Assembly (NCBI GenBank): GCA_942492935.1
Contig: OW818654.1
Span: 3,587,918-3,651,917, forward strand
From: an uncultured bacterium
Lineage (GTDB): Bacteria; Bacteroidota; Ignavibacteria; Kapaibacteriales; UBA2268
DNA length: 64,000 bases
Direction of reading: 5' to 3'
The translations under genes were made by a program, and so were the position numbers. Numbering within the stretch: the first letter of the stretch is position 1; each line of letters opens with the position of its first letter. Shown here one piece after another: positions 19,938-30,105 of this stretch. Below the pieces are notes generated by a model. The model saw only the letters and a list, made by a program, of their open reading frames with translations, was not told the DNA's origin and did not search any database.

Positions 19938-21161
19938 TTAATAAAGAGCAAAACCTGCAAATGTAACAGCGGATTCAGTAGCTTTTTCGTTCCATTGTTT
20001 ATAATCAATAAACGATGCTTCAGAAAATTTTATTGATTTAAGCATTGAATAAATTGGAGAAGCACCACAAATTTTCCATTTATCTTTATCTAATGAAATT
20101 TTCTCAAAAAAAGCATCTGGATTTAAATCTTGAATATATTTAATTAGTTGATTATCTTCAATTGCAACTGTATCGAGCATTGTATCAGCATTAAAATTAT
20201 CATCAAACTTTCTACCGATATGAGCAAAATCAACACTTGCAATGTAAGTTGCTTTTCTACCGCTTTTTGAGATTATCTCTTCAATATTTTTTGTAAACGT
20301 ACTTATTTTATTATTCTCAGAAGGAGATATTCCTTTTTTAGAAAATTCAAAAAATGAACTTACCAAAATAGGTAAGATTTTAATTTTTCGATTTCTAAAT
20401 AAATAACTAAGCAAAACAACTTGCAATTCAATTGAATGTTCGGGGCGATGTGCCAAGTCATCAATTTTAAAACTATTTTCAATTTCTTTTTCGAGAATTT
20501 CAATTAATTCAGAATCAGTTTCAACTATTCCAAGAGGTGTTTCAAAATTTTTCTTGGTGAGCATAAAATAGTCAGAAAAAGCATAATGCGATGTACCAAA
20601 AATCACGAACAAATCTGAATTTGAATTTAAAATACTTTTATAAGCTTTTGCATAAACAGCTTGGGATAACTCTCCTAAAGTGAAATCAATATGAGGTGCA
20701 ATTATGGCTTTTGCATTGCCATCTGAGATAAACGAATCAGAATAATTCATAAGAGTATCGCAAAATGCGATGAATTCTTTTTTTTCACTCGGATAAGAAT
20801 GGTCAACACAAACCATTGGTCTGCTTGGCAGTGCAATATAATTCTGCTCGAACTCATATTTTTTTAAAAGAAAATTAACGCTTTCGAGATAATAAAGATT
20901 GTCAAGATTATTTATTTGTTCAATTATCAAATCTAAATCATTAGCTAATCCTTTAATATCTGAAAGAATTGCTTTAAATTCATCTAAAGATAAACCTGAA
21001 TTTAAAATATTGAGAATTAAAAAGAAATTGTAATTTAGAGCAATTTGTTCGGTTGCAATGCCTAAAGGGTCGTTTAATACAACAAAATTTAGTCCGTCTT
21101 GCTCAATCAAATTAAGATGTAAATCGCTTCTTAATTTTGGCATTAAAATTTTATTTTTCAT
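19938..21161 (-). CDS. MEMO1-family protein (AmmeMemoRadiSam system protein B-like) with ~130-aa N-terminal extension
   Basis: C-terminal region contains the MEMO-like motifs IIAPHIDF…, EHSIELQ… and SVDFAHIG. Confidence 0.6.
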   Translation of the reverse strand: MKNKILMPKLRSDLHLNLIEQDGLNFVVLNDPLGIATEQIALNYNFFLILNILNSGLSLDEFKAILSDIKGLANDLDLIIEQINNLDNLYYLESVNFLLKKYEFEQNYIALPSRPMVCVDHSYPSEKKEFIAFCDTLMNYSDSFISDGNAKAIIAPHIDFTLGELSQAVYAKAYKSILNSNSDLFVIFGTSHYAFSDYFMLTKKNFETPLGIVETDSELIEILEKEIENSFKIDDLAHRPEHSIELQVVLLSYLFRNRKIKILPILVSSFFEFSKKGISPSENNKISTFTKNIEEIISKSGRKATYIASVDFAHIGRKFDDNFNADTMLDTVAIEDNQLIKYIQDLNPDAFFEKISLDKDKWKICGASPIYSMLKSIKFSEASFIDYKQWNEKATESAVTFAGFALY

Positions 21162-21396
21162 TTTCGGTTTCTTGCTTTTTGATTGCAGGTAAATATCTAT
21201 TTTCCAAGGATTTAATTACAAAAACAAATGCTATACTTGCTGTAAAGCACACAACGGCAAGAATTAGAAACCAGATAATTCCAATAAGTATATATGTTAC
21301 CAAAAACAATAATGCACCAACGAGAAAAGAACCAAATGTAATATACATTGATTGCTTTAAGTTATCTTTTATCGATTTTTCTTGTTCTTTTTTCAT
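21151..21396 (-). CDS. Small two-TM membrane protein, hypothetical
   Basis: 81 aa with two hydrophobic helices flanked by charged termini. It overlaps neighbours by a few nt (operonic). Confidence 0.4.
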   Translation of the reverse strand: MKKEQEKSIKDNLKQSMYITFGSFLVGALLFLVTYILIGIIWFLILAVVCFTASIAFVFVIKSLENRYLPAIKKQETENEK

Positions 21397-22241
21397 CTTA
21401 AATCGTAATTTAATGAAGTTCTTGCATCAGTTTTTTCATCTCTGTATTTAATAATTAATGGAGAAGAAATCGTCAATCCATGTTTCTTACCAAATTCTGT
21501 ATTTATTGCGCGAGTACCAGGTACAACAACAGCAGATTCAGGGATTTCAAGAGGATTATCAGGAGTTGATTGTAAAATTGTTTCATTTACAAGGTCGAAT
21601 ACTTTTGTCGAAGCAGTTAAAATTACTCCTGACCCAAGAACAACTCTTTTTCTTAACATTACACCTTCATATATACCACAATTACCGCCTACCATAACAT
21701 CATCTTCAATAATCACAGGTCTTGCACCTGCTGGTTCGAGAACTCCACCAACTTGAGCTGCAGCACTTATATGTACTCTTTTCCCAACTTGTGCGGCAGA
21801 ACCAACCAAAGCATGGGAATCAATCATAGAACCTTCATCTATATAAGCACCAATATTTATATACATTGGAGGCATACAAATTACACCAGGGGCAATATAT
21901 GCTCCGGTTCTAACAGATGAGCCGCCGGGAACTATTCTAACATTATCTTCTAAATTGAATGATTTAAGAGGAATTAAATTTTTATCATAAAATTTGAAAT
22001 TTTCATTGATTGACATATCTGTTAATTTGCCGACTTTAAACAACGATAAAATACCTTGTTTTACCCATTTATTTACTTTCCAATTTCCATTTCCATCTGG
22101 TTCGGCTGTACGGATAGTACCATTATTTAATCCAGCAAGCAATTGTTTAAAATAATTATAAACTTCTTCGTTGATTTCAATAGATGAGTTGTTATAAAAT
22201 GAATCAATAAAATCAATTAGTTTATGCATAATAATTCTCAA
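21393..22241 (-). CDS. dapD: 2,3,4,5-tetrahydropyridine-2,6-dicarboxylate N-succinyltransferase (DapD)
   Basis: Left-handed beta-helix hexapeptide repeats. Strong similarity to the E. coli DapD core ([39 protein letters not shown]…IIEDD…) and C-terminal tail. Confidence 0.8.
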   Translation of the reverse strand: MRIIMHKLIDFIDSFYNNSSIEINEEVYNYFKQLLAGLNNGTIRTAEPDGNGNWKVNKWVKQGILSLFKVGKLTDMSINENFKFYDKNLIPLKSFNLEDNVRIVPGGSSVRTGAYIAPGVICMPPMYINIGAYIDEGSMIDSHALVGSAAQVGKRVHISAAAQVGGVLEPAGARPVIIEDDVMVGGNCGIYEGVMLRKRVVLGSGVILTASTKVFDLVNETILQSTPDNPLEIPESAVVVPGTRAINTEFGKKHGLTISSPLIIKYRDEKTDARTSLNYDLR

Positions 22242-22289
22242 AAAATTAATTACTAAAAATTATAGATACGAAGTAAATCAAAAATATTG

Positions 22290-23801
22290 CTATTTTTTAT
22301 GCAAGTAAAATTCTACCCTTCTGTTTAACGCTCTTCCTTCCTCTGTGTCATTTGAGGTGATGGGTTCTTTATTACTTTTACCTTTTGTTTTTATTCTATC
22401 TTCTGGAATACCTGCTTTAACAAGAGTTTCTTTAGCGTTTTTTGCTCTTTGTTCGGAAATTTCTTTATTTTTTTTATCGGTGCCAATATTATCTGAATGA
22501 CCAACGATTTCAATATAATAATCTTTATTTTGGTTTAGAAATTTTGATATTATCTCAAAATATGGATTAGATTCATGGTCAAAATTTTCTTTACCTAATT
22601 CAAAAAGAATATTTCTCATCAAAAATATTGAATCTAATTTTGGAGTTAATGAAAAATCCCTCTGCAATTCTGTATATTCTTCAATATTTGATAAATCAAG
22701 AATACATGTTTGCGGTTCATAATTTTCAGCAGAAATTTTCATACTCCATACATCACCGATTTGCAGAGTAAACCCATATTGACCATTGAAGTAATTTGAT
22801 TTTACAGCTGTTTCTGATTTATTTTCTGGATATGTCATCACTTCAATATCTGCTAAAATAGGTTTTAATGACTTACCATCTTTTATTGTGCCTTGTACTA
22901 AAACCACAGTTTGTGGTCTAACTCTTTCAGGTACTTTTATTCTGAAAATATCACTTTGTCCATAGCTATCTTTATTTGAAGCAAAATATGCATAATCACC
23001 TTTTGCTGTAATTTTAAAAAAAGCATCCCAATCAGGAGTATTTATTTCTGGTCCGAGATTAATTGGGTGAGACCAATTTAACCAAGAATCGTCAAGTCGT
23101 TTACTAACAAATACATCAGCACTCCCGCAACCTTTTCTCCCATCTGATGAGAAATATAGATAAACGCCATCAGAAGCAAGAAATGGAGAAATTTCTTCTC
23201 CTTGAGTATTTATTATATCACCTAAATTCAAAGGTTCACTCCAAATATTTCCTTCTACCAAAAAACTTACATAAATATCTTTCTCGCCAAATGAATCATC
23301 ACCTTTTATTGTCATTAATAATACTCTTCCATCATTTGAAAGAAAAAATCCATAACTTTTAGAATGGTTTTTGAAGTTGGTAATGATTAAATTTTCTGGT
23401 TTAGACCAGCCATTTTCTGTTCTCCTAACTAAAGATACTCCCTCAATTTGTTTTCCTAATGAATCAAAAGCTGAGCCAAGTAAAATTGTATTCCCATCAG
23501 CCAAAACAGAACTTGCAAAATTCGACTGACCGATATTCAAACTTATACCTGCATTTACTGCTCGTGTCCATTCATCATTTTCATCAAGAAAAGAAACCCA
23601 AATATCTTCTTTACCTAAATTACCTCGACAATAACTTCTGCAAAAGTAGATTGTTTTGCCATCTGGAGTGATAATTGGACTAAGTTCATCGCAAACAGAA
23701 TTTATAGCAGGTCCAAGATTTTCTTTATTATTCGATAAAGAAAAAGTTTGCACTAAGCTAAAAAAGAAATATATGATTATTAATAGTAAATTCAATCTCA
23801 T
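22290..23801 (-). CDS. OmpA-family protein with TolB-like (PD40) beta-propeller repeats and C-terminal OmpA peptidoglycan-binding domain
   Basis: Signal peptide MRLNLLLIIIYFFFSLVQTFS (the track start at 23831 is probably too early). Repeated …SP.IT.DG…YF.S.R…G..DI. C-terminal OmpA motif (…IVGHSDNIG…NQ.LSE.RA…V….L…G…). Confidence 0.7.
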   Translation of the reverse strand: MRLNLLLIIIYFFFSLVQTFSLSNNKENLGPAINSVCDELSPIITPDGKTIYFCRSYCRGNLGKEDIWVSFLDENDEWTRAVNAGISLNIGQSNFASSVLADGNTILLGSAFDSLGKQIEGVSLVRRTENGWSKPENLIITNFKNHSKSYGFFLSNDGRVLLMTIKGDDSFGEKDIYVSFLVEGNIWSEPLNLGDIINTQGEEISPFLASDGVYLYFSSDGRKGCGSADVFVSKRLDDSWLNWSHPINLGPEINTPDWDAFFKITAKGDYAYFASNKDSYGQSDIFRIKVPERVRPQTVVLVQGTIKDGKSLKPILADIEVMTYPENKSETAVKSNYFNGQYGFTLQIGDVWSMKISAENYEPQTCILDLSNIEEYTELQRDFSLTPKLDSIFLMRNILFELGKENFDHESNPYFEIISKFLNQNKDYYIEIVGHSDNIGTDKKNKEISEQRAKNAKETLVKAGIPEDRIKTKGKSNKEPITSNDTEEGRALNRRVEFYLHKK

Positions 23802-23933
23802 ATTTATCCAAAAAATCAAATTCAAATGCATTCTAAAAGTGATTGCAAAATATAAAATATTTACATTGCAAAATCTACGTATAAATACTTAATTTTAAAT
23901 GTCATATTTCCAAATTTTAACTATTTTGCAATA

Positions 23934-25142
23934 TTATATTTTAATCTCTTTGTAATTGTCAGTATGCTCCCACTCACTACATAAATTTAAAATGCCTCTG
24001 AATATAGCATAAATATATTCAATATGATTGTATGATAAATTTTGATGAACTGGTAAACCAATTATTGAATTGGCTTGATTATATTTATGTTCAATTTCAA
24101 ATTCGACCAACTTTCGATGATATTTGTCATTCAAATTGTGAGAAAAATAAAAGTATTCGTAAATAAATTGTTCATTTAAAATAGGTAGAATATCTTCAAT
24201 TAAAAAATAGTTTTCAAATTGCAAGTAATTTCTCTTTCTATTTTCAATTGATACACTTAAATTATTGATTTCATTATAAATTGCGTTCAAAACAAATTTG
24301 CGTTTATAAACATCAAGACAATGAAATTTATTCCACATATCAGTATCATTTATTTCAAGATTGACAATTATTGCACCAAATTGAACGGTGAACAAGCGAG
24401 TTAAATCAATGATATATGGCTTATTTTTTTTTGCATTTTTATAATCAAATGTCGAGTTGATTACTTCATATTCTAATAGAGTTAATATAGTTTCAGCAAA
24501 TTGAATATTAGGTACAAATGTTATTTTTGGAGTATCAAATATTTCTTTGAGCAATGTTGTTGATAATTCTTCATTATCAGATGGAATTGTATATAATTGT
24601 GGTACAAATGGTTTATCTGATATTTTAATCACTGATTCGGGTTTATTAAAAATAACTGGATATGAAATTGTCTGCCATTTTTTGAAGAAATTGTAAAGCA
24701 TTTGACGATATGACACGCCAACATCAATATATTTAAATCTACTATCTTTAAAAAAATTCACAGTATGCCACAGCAAATAATCCTGAATTCCTAATGCTTT
24801 ACCTTTGGCATTTCCAGCAAGATTATTCAAAAAAAGATGATTCCCAACCGGCAATAAAATTACAGCGCCAATAGGTTCATTCATTCCATTATATGCAATA
24901 AACATATAATCATCAACACTCAATTGATATGGCATATTTGGGTCATCATAATCATACCACATTGATTTTAATACTTCAATATCTTCTTTTGAACCGATGA
25001 CTTTTTCAATTCTTACATGATTTCTAATGGCTTTTTTAATATTTTTTTGAACAGAGTAAGGAATTAGTTCCCATACTTTATCAGGTTCTAATATCAGACC
25101 ACAGCCATAGTGTACAAAATCTTTACTAATATAATGAGCCAT
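23934..25142 (-). CDS. Hypothetical protein, possible GNAT/FemAB-like acyltransferase fold; last gene of STAS-ABC operon
   Basis: 402 aa. Only 6 bp separate it from the ABC ATPase stop. Weak resemblance of the N-terminal half to FemAB/BioF2-like acetyltransferase. No confident motif. Confidence 0.3.
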   Translation of the reverse strand: MAHYISKDFVHYGCGLILEPDKVWELIPYSVQKNIKKAIRNHVRIEKVIGSKEDIEVLKSMWYDYDDPNMPYQLSVDDYMFIAYNGMNEPIGAVILLPVGNHLFLNNLAGNAKGKALGIQDYLLWHTVNFFKDSRFKYIDVGVSYRQMLYNFFKKWQTISYPVIFNKPESVIKISDKPFVPQLYTIPSDNEELSTTLLKEIFDTPKITFVPNIQFAETILTLLEYEVINSTFDYKNAKKNKPYIIDLTRLFTVQFGAIIVNLEINDTDMWNKFHCLDVYKRKFVLNAIYNEINNLSVSIENRKRNYLQFENYFLIEDILPILNEQFIYEYFYFSHNLNDKYHRKLVEFEIEHKYNQANSIIGLPVHQNLSYNHIEYIYAIFRGILNLCSEWEHTDNYKEIKI

Positions 25143-25148
25143 TTTCTT

Positions 25149-25961
25149 CTAATAATTATTACGAAATTCATTTAGTAATTCGGGAGTTAGTTTTTCGATT
25201 TTTCTGATATTTGCAAATTTATCAAGTAAATCATCAACTGTAAACATACTTTTTTCTTTCTGAGAAATTTCTTCGATAATCTTTCCTTTATGCATCATAA
25301 TAGTTCTATTACCAAGTTCTATTGCCTGTTGCATACTATGAGTAATCATAATAGTAGTAAGGTTATCTTTTTCGATGAACATTTTTGTCAATCTGATAAG
25401 TTGTGCTGCAGATTTAGGGTCTAATGCCGCTGTATGTTCGTCAAGAAGCAATACATCTGGTTTTTGAATCACAGCCATAAGCAAAGTAATTGCCTGCCTC
25501 TGACCTCCTGAGAGAGTACCGATTACATTATTCATTCTATCTTCAAGTTGCATTTCGAGTAATGCAATTTGTTCACGATAAAAAGATTTATGTTTAGTAT
25601 CGAGTGAAATCCATAAATTTCTACTTTTTCCACGCATATAAGCGAGATGAAGATTTTCTGCAATAGTCATTCCTGGAGCTGTGCCAAGGAATGGATTCTG
25701 AAATACTCTTGCAATGTATTTTGCTCTTTTAAAATCAGGTTTTTTTGTTACGTTTTTATCTTTGACAAAAATTTCTCCTTCATCAGGTAGGAATGAACCA
25801 GAAACCGCATTCAATAATGTAGATTTACCGGAGCCATTTGTACCAATAATTGTAATAAAATCGCCTTGTTTAATTTCAAGGTCAATTCCACGAAGAGCAT
25901 AAACTTCGTCAAAAGTTCCTTCATTAAACTTTTTATGCAAATTATTTATCTTAATCATCAT
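25149..25961 (-). CDS. ABC transporter ATP-binding protein (COG1101-like)
   Basis: Walker A GTNGSGKST. Signature LSGGQRQ. Walker B LLLDEHTAALD. 4-nt overlap with the upstream permease gene. Confidence 0.85.
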   Translation of the reverse strand: MMIKINNLHKKFNEGTFDEVYALRGIDLEIKQGDFITIIGTNGSGKSTLLNAVSGSFLPDEGEIFVKDKNVTKKPDFKRAKYIARVFQNPFLGTAPGMTIAENLHLAYMRGKSRNLWISLDTKHKSFYREQIALLEMQLEDRMNNVIGTLSGGQRQAITLLMAVIQKPDVLLLDEHTAALDPKSAAQLIRLTKMFIEKDNLTTIMITHSMQQAIELGNRTIMMHKGKIIEEISQKEKSMFTVDDLLDKFANIRKIEKLTPELLNEFRNNY

Positions 25962-28795
25962 AACTTTGTCCTTATTTTATTAGCTGATTTAAGAACATCA
26001 TCAGGAATACTAATCTTCAATTTATCAGCAAGAGCTTTATTTAAATATATTCTTTTCGGCATAAAGTCATTAATTGGTATTGCTTCTGGTTTCTCGCCTT
26101 GCAATACTCTTTTGAAAATATTTGCCACTTCAGCACCAACTTCTTGATAATCGGCACCGATTGTTAAAAATGCACCAAAATCTACATCAGAAAAATTGTT
26201 GGTATAATAAAGAATACCCTTGTCCGCCAATATTTTTGCAACGGATTCTGTAGCAAGCATTACTGTAACATCTCCCGAAGTTAAGAAAATTTCAACTCCC
26301 TTGTCGGCAACTGATTTAACTGCTTCGACTACTTCATTTGGATTTGATGCATTTGCTTCAATTAGTTTGAAACCATATTGTTTAGCAAATATTCTTGCTT
26401 TTTTTGTACATGCTTCTGAGTTAGCTTCAGATGGGTTCCAAACTATTCCGATTGATTTAGCTTTGGGCGATATCTCTCTCATTAATTTTATTGTAGCTTC
26501 AATAGGTTGAAATGTTGAAATTCCTGTTATATTTTTCTGATGGTCAGTAGTAGTTTTTGCTACACCGGCAACAAATGGGTCAGTAACTGCACCGAAAATA
26601 TGCGGTATCTGTGTATTTGATTTAGCACCCAATTGCAATGCAATTGTTGAAAATGTAACTATATAATCATATTTGCTTCTAACAATATCATTTATAATAG
26701 ATTGACCAATAGAATAATCATTTTGGGCATTTTTATCATCAATTTTCAAATTATATTGTTTAATCATACCTGATTCATTTGCTCGTGCCACAAAGCCATC
26801 TCTGGCTTCTACCAACGCTTTGCTTTCGCTAAACAGAAACAAAGCAATTTTCTTTTGAGGAATAGCATTTGACAAAAATTCTGTTTTTAATGTTTTATCT
26901 AAAATTGAACCATCTTCTTGAACGATATAATTAAAATCTTTAATTGTTTGTGCATCAATTTTAATATTCATTGCTTTAGCAGTTTGAAGATTTATACCTT
27001 TAATCACATAAGTATATTTTTCAAATGGAATATCTTTTGGTTTTTCACCGTTAAATATTCTTTTCATAATATGAGCAGCTTGAATACCACTCGCAGCGTA
27101 ATCGTAACCGTAAGTAGCAAAAGCACCATCTTTTAACCTATCCACATCGGATAAAAATGATGGGATTTTCTTATACAAACTAATTTTTGCGATTGCATCA
27201 AAAGCTGAATAAACTATATTATCAGGAGTAAGCAAAAACGCTTGAATGTCTTTTTCGGCAACTGTTTGTGCTGCTTGCTGCACTTCTGCGGAAGAATTAA
27301 CAGTCATTGCTTGTAATTTAACTTTTCCTTCTTTTGCAACAGCTTTGAGCATCATTTCATAATTGAATACAGAATTTGATTGCCCTGGGTCATATATCAA
27401 ACCAGCTTTCTTAAGATTCGGTACAAATGTTTTTGCTAATTTTAATAAGCTATCTGCTTCCACCCAACCATATACACCAGTTACATTAGGTAGATGGTCT
27501 GTATCACTTTTTCCTGCACCAATAATAAATGGATTAGCAACAGTTGCAAAAATAATTGGAGTGCTTTTTAATTTATTAATAGCAGCTTGAGTTACAGGTG
27601 TGGATATTGCAATTAAAACATCGTAATCGCCTGATTCTATTTCATCAAGAATTTGATTCACAGTCGGAATATCACCGTGGGCATTTCGATAAACAATTTT
27701 TGCATTTCTACCATCAATATAACCGAGCTGTTTAATTTCTTCAAGAGCAGCCAATCTTGTTACATCAAGTAAGCCGTTTTCAGCAAACTGAACGATTGCA
27801 ATTTTATAAACTTTGCCTTGATGAACTTCTTCTTTTTCAGAGCCAAAATAATAGTAAGATAATGAAATAACAGCAATTGAAAATACAGCGAGAATAATAT
27901 ATTTCAAATTCTTACTGAATTGGTGCATTTTCTTTCTATCATTCGATATTTTTGAAACAAATAATGTAAGCAATACAAACAATGATGTCAATAATTTCAA
28001 ATCAATTGGGTTCATTCCTGCGTAAAGTGCGAATGCAATAATCAGACGATAAACTAACGAGCCGATTATTGCACTAAATACCATTACTGCAATAGATTTA
28101 CTTTTGAATACAGTTTCACCGATAATAACTGAGGCAAGTCCAACCATCAATGTACCTATACCCATTTGAATATCTGCAAATCCTTGATATTGTGCTACCA
28201 AACCACCAGCAAGTGCAACAAGTCCATTTGAAATAGCAAGACCAATTATGTATATTAAATCAACATTTACTCCTGTTGCTTTCGACATTTCAGGATTATT
28301 TCCAGTAGAACGAAGTGTTAAGCCAAAATCTGTTTTTAAAAATAAAACTGTTGCGAGCCAAGAAATTGCTGCAAATACTGATAAACAACAAAAATACCAT
28401 ATTTCTTTTGCTAAACCAGGATTAAATGGGTCGAAATAATTGAATACAGTTGGATATTGTAATAATGGTACATTTGATTTTGTCATAATATGCAAATTGA
28501 TTGAATATAATGCAATCATTACCAGAATACCTGCAAGTAATCCCGAAATTCTAAGCCAAGTATATACAATTCCTGTTGCAACTCCAGTAAGCATACCTGC
28601 AAGAAATGCTATCACTAAAGATAAAGATGGGTCTAATCCCATTGTGATTAAAATGGCAGCAACTGCCGCACCGGTTGTAAACGAACCATCAACAGTAATA
28701 TCAGCAAAATTTAAAATTTTATATGTGAGTAAAGCACCAATTGCCATTAATGAGTACAAAATACCCAAATTTAATGCACCAAACCATAGTTCCAT
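25958..28795 (-). CDS. ABC transporter permease (COG4120/BPD_transp_2-like) fused to two tandem ABC_sub_bind (COG2984-type) substrate-binding domains
   Basis: N-terminal ~310 aa polytopic membrane domain. It is followed by two ~300-aa repeats with the PF04392-like pattern (…IVQFAE…LD…G…; …IVWNPSEANS…). 945 aa. Confidence 0.6.
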   Translation of the reverse strand: MELWFGALNLGILYSLMAIGALLTYKILNFADITVDGSFTTGAAVAAILITMGLDPSLSLVIAFLAGMLTGVATGIVYTWLRISGLLAGILVMIALYSINLHIMTKSNVPLLQYPTVFNYFDPFNPGLAKEIWYFCCLSVFAAISWLATVLFLKTDFGLTLRSTGNNPEMSKATGVNVDLIYIIGLAISNGLVALAGGLVAQYQGFADIQMGIGTLMVGLASVIIGETVFKSKSIAVMVFSAIIGSLVYRLIIAFALYAGMNPIDLKLLTSLFVLLTLFVSKISNDRKKMHQFSKNLKYIILAVFSIAVISLSYYYFGSEKEEVHQGKVYKIAIVQFAENGLLDVTRLAALEEIKQLGYIDGRNAKIVYRNAHGDIPTVNQILDEIESGDYDVLIAISTPVTQAAINKLKSTPIIFATVANPFIIGAGKSDTDHLPNVTGVYGWVEADSLLKLAKTFVPNLKKAGLIYDPGQSNSVFNYEMMLKAVAKEGKVKLQAMTVNSSAEVQQAAQTVAEKDIQAFLLTPDNIVYSAFDAIAKISLYKKIPSFLSDVDRLKDGAFATYGYDYAASGIQAAHIMKRIFNGEKPKDIPFEKYTYVIKGINLQTAKAMNIKIDAQTIKDFNYIVQEDGSILDKTLKTEFLSNAIPQKKIALFLFSESKALVEARDGFVARANESGMIKQYNLKIDDKNAQNDYSIGQSIINDIVRSKYDYIVTFSTIALQLGAKSNTQIPHIFGAVTDPFVAGVAKTTTDHQKNITGISTFQPIEATIKLMREISPKAKSIGIVWNPSEANSEACTKKARIFAKQYGFKLIEANASNPNEVVEAVKSVADKGVEIFLTSGDVTVMLATESVAKILADKGILYYTNNFSDVDFGAFLTIGADYQEVGAEVANIFKRVLQGEKPEAIPINDFMPKRIYLNKALADKLKISIPDDVLKSANKIRTKL

Positions 28796-30009
28796 TATTT
28801 ATTCTCCGGAATAATTATACCAGCAAGCATTTTCTTAAAGTTAGACATTCCAAGCAAATGAAATACTCGCATAGGATTTAATTCAGTAGTGATTCTAATT
28901 AATTCTTTATCAAACAAATTCAAATCGTTATTAATAAATCCTCTTTCAAAAACAACCGAATGGAAATGATAATTTGTTGCATTAGGAAGGAATGGTAGTA
29001 ATTCAGGATATTTGCTTTTATCTTTTACAACAATTCCTGTACTAACTACTAAATGATGATTCCATTCTGGCTCCATTGGAAAATTGAACCATTCTGCAAA
29101 ATTTGATTCTGCAAAAATATCGCCTTCTTTCTGAGGTTTGTTTTCCTTCAATGGAACTTTTTTGATATTCATTCCCCATAATCCTTTGCTTTCAAATATC
29201 ATTACAACACAAAAAAGTGGAGCATCAATTATTTCAGTTAATTCTGAAATTAATTTATTCAATTCAGAAAATTCATTTTTCGATTCGGCAAGTATGATTT
29301 GTGAATATTTCCCTGTAAATGCTATTCCATTCAGAAATTGTTTATTATAAGAATTATTCTTTGCAATCATATAATCTACAGTAGGATTTTTGACTGCTGG
29401 ATACCAGAATAAATTATTATTAACAAGTAAAGCATCACCAAAAAACTTATTATAATCAACAAAATTATCCCCAGCTGTTGCAAGTCCAAGCCCATATTCA
29501 TAATTATTAGTATCAATTGTAACTATATCTTTATCAGTATATTCTGATTTTAGAAATGGATTCATGTTGCCAATTGTTTTGAATTTTCCATTTGAATTCT
29601 GATTTAGATTTTTAATTTTAAACTTAATTTCATCTGTTTCTTTAGAAATAATATCTGATAAGGAAACTTGTTTCACATCCTTAGCAGAGATTTCATCTAA
29701 ATTATCTACAAATTGAAAAATTTTCAGAAAGCCAGATATTTTGAAAATTTCTTTGATAGAAGGTGTTACTTTGTAGAATGCCATTTTGCCACCAGCAGAA
29801 TCTAACTCCTTGCGAAAACTCATAAAAACACGAATACCCACACTACTAATGTAATTAACATTAGTAAAGTCGAGTATAAAATTTCTGTTTCCGTCAAGTA
29901 TGGATTTGCTGAAAGAAGCCAGAAGTTCTGCAGATGTAATACCATCAATTCGACCATTTAATTCAACCAAAGTATAATTTTGGTCTTGCTTGTAAATAAA
30001 TTCTAACAT
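28795..30009 (-). CDS. STAS-domain (anti-sigma-factor-antagonist-like) protein fused to a ~290-aa C-terminal domain of unknown function
   Basis: N-terminal 110 aa SpoIIAA-like (…LVELNGRIDG…ILDFTNVNYISSVGIRVF…). No recognisable motifs in the remainder. Its stop overlaps the permease start. Confidence 0.6.
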   Translation of the reverse strand: MLEFIYKQDQNYTLVELNGRIDGITSAELLASFSKSILDGNRNFILDFTNVNYISSVGIRVFMSFRKELDSAGGKMAFYKVTPSIKEIFKISGFLKIFQFVDNLDEISAKDVKQVSLSDIISKETDEIKFKIKNLNQNSNGKFKTIGNMNPFLKSEYTDKDIVTIDTNNYEYGLGLATAGDNFVDYNKFFGDALLVNNNLFWYPAVKNPTVDYMIAKNNSYNKQFLNGIAFTGKYSQIILAESKNEFSELNKLISELTEIIDAPLFCVVMIFESKGLWGMNIKKVPLKENKPQKEGDIFAESNFAEWFNFPMEPEWNHHLVVSTGIVVKDKSKYPELLPFLPNATNYHFHSVVFERGFINNDLNLFDKELIRITTELNPMRVFHLLGMSNFKKMLAGIIIPENK

Positions 30010-30105
30010 TTCTATGCCTTGATAATAATCCAGATTCTAAATTATATAAATAAATCGAAACTTCAAACTAAATTCTTTGTGAATTAATTGACAAATAAAT
30101 ATTGA

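Noticed and set aside
21137-21451. 104-aa + strand ORF overlapping the small membrane protein/dapD junction
   Set aside because: Antisense to two minus-strand genes; hydrophobic low-complexity translation.
25714-28814. Multiple + strand ORFs (62-124 aa) antisense to the ABC ATPase and permease genes
   Set aside because: Nested within long, motif-supported minus-strand genes. Typical shadow ORFs.
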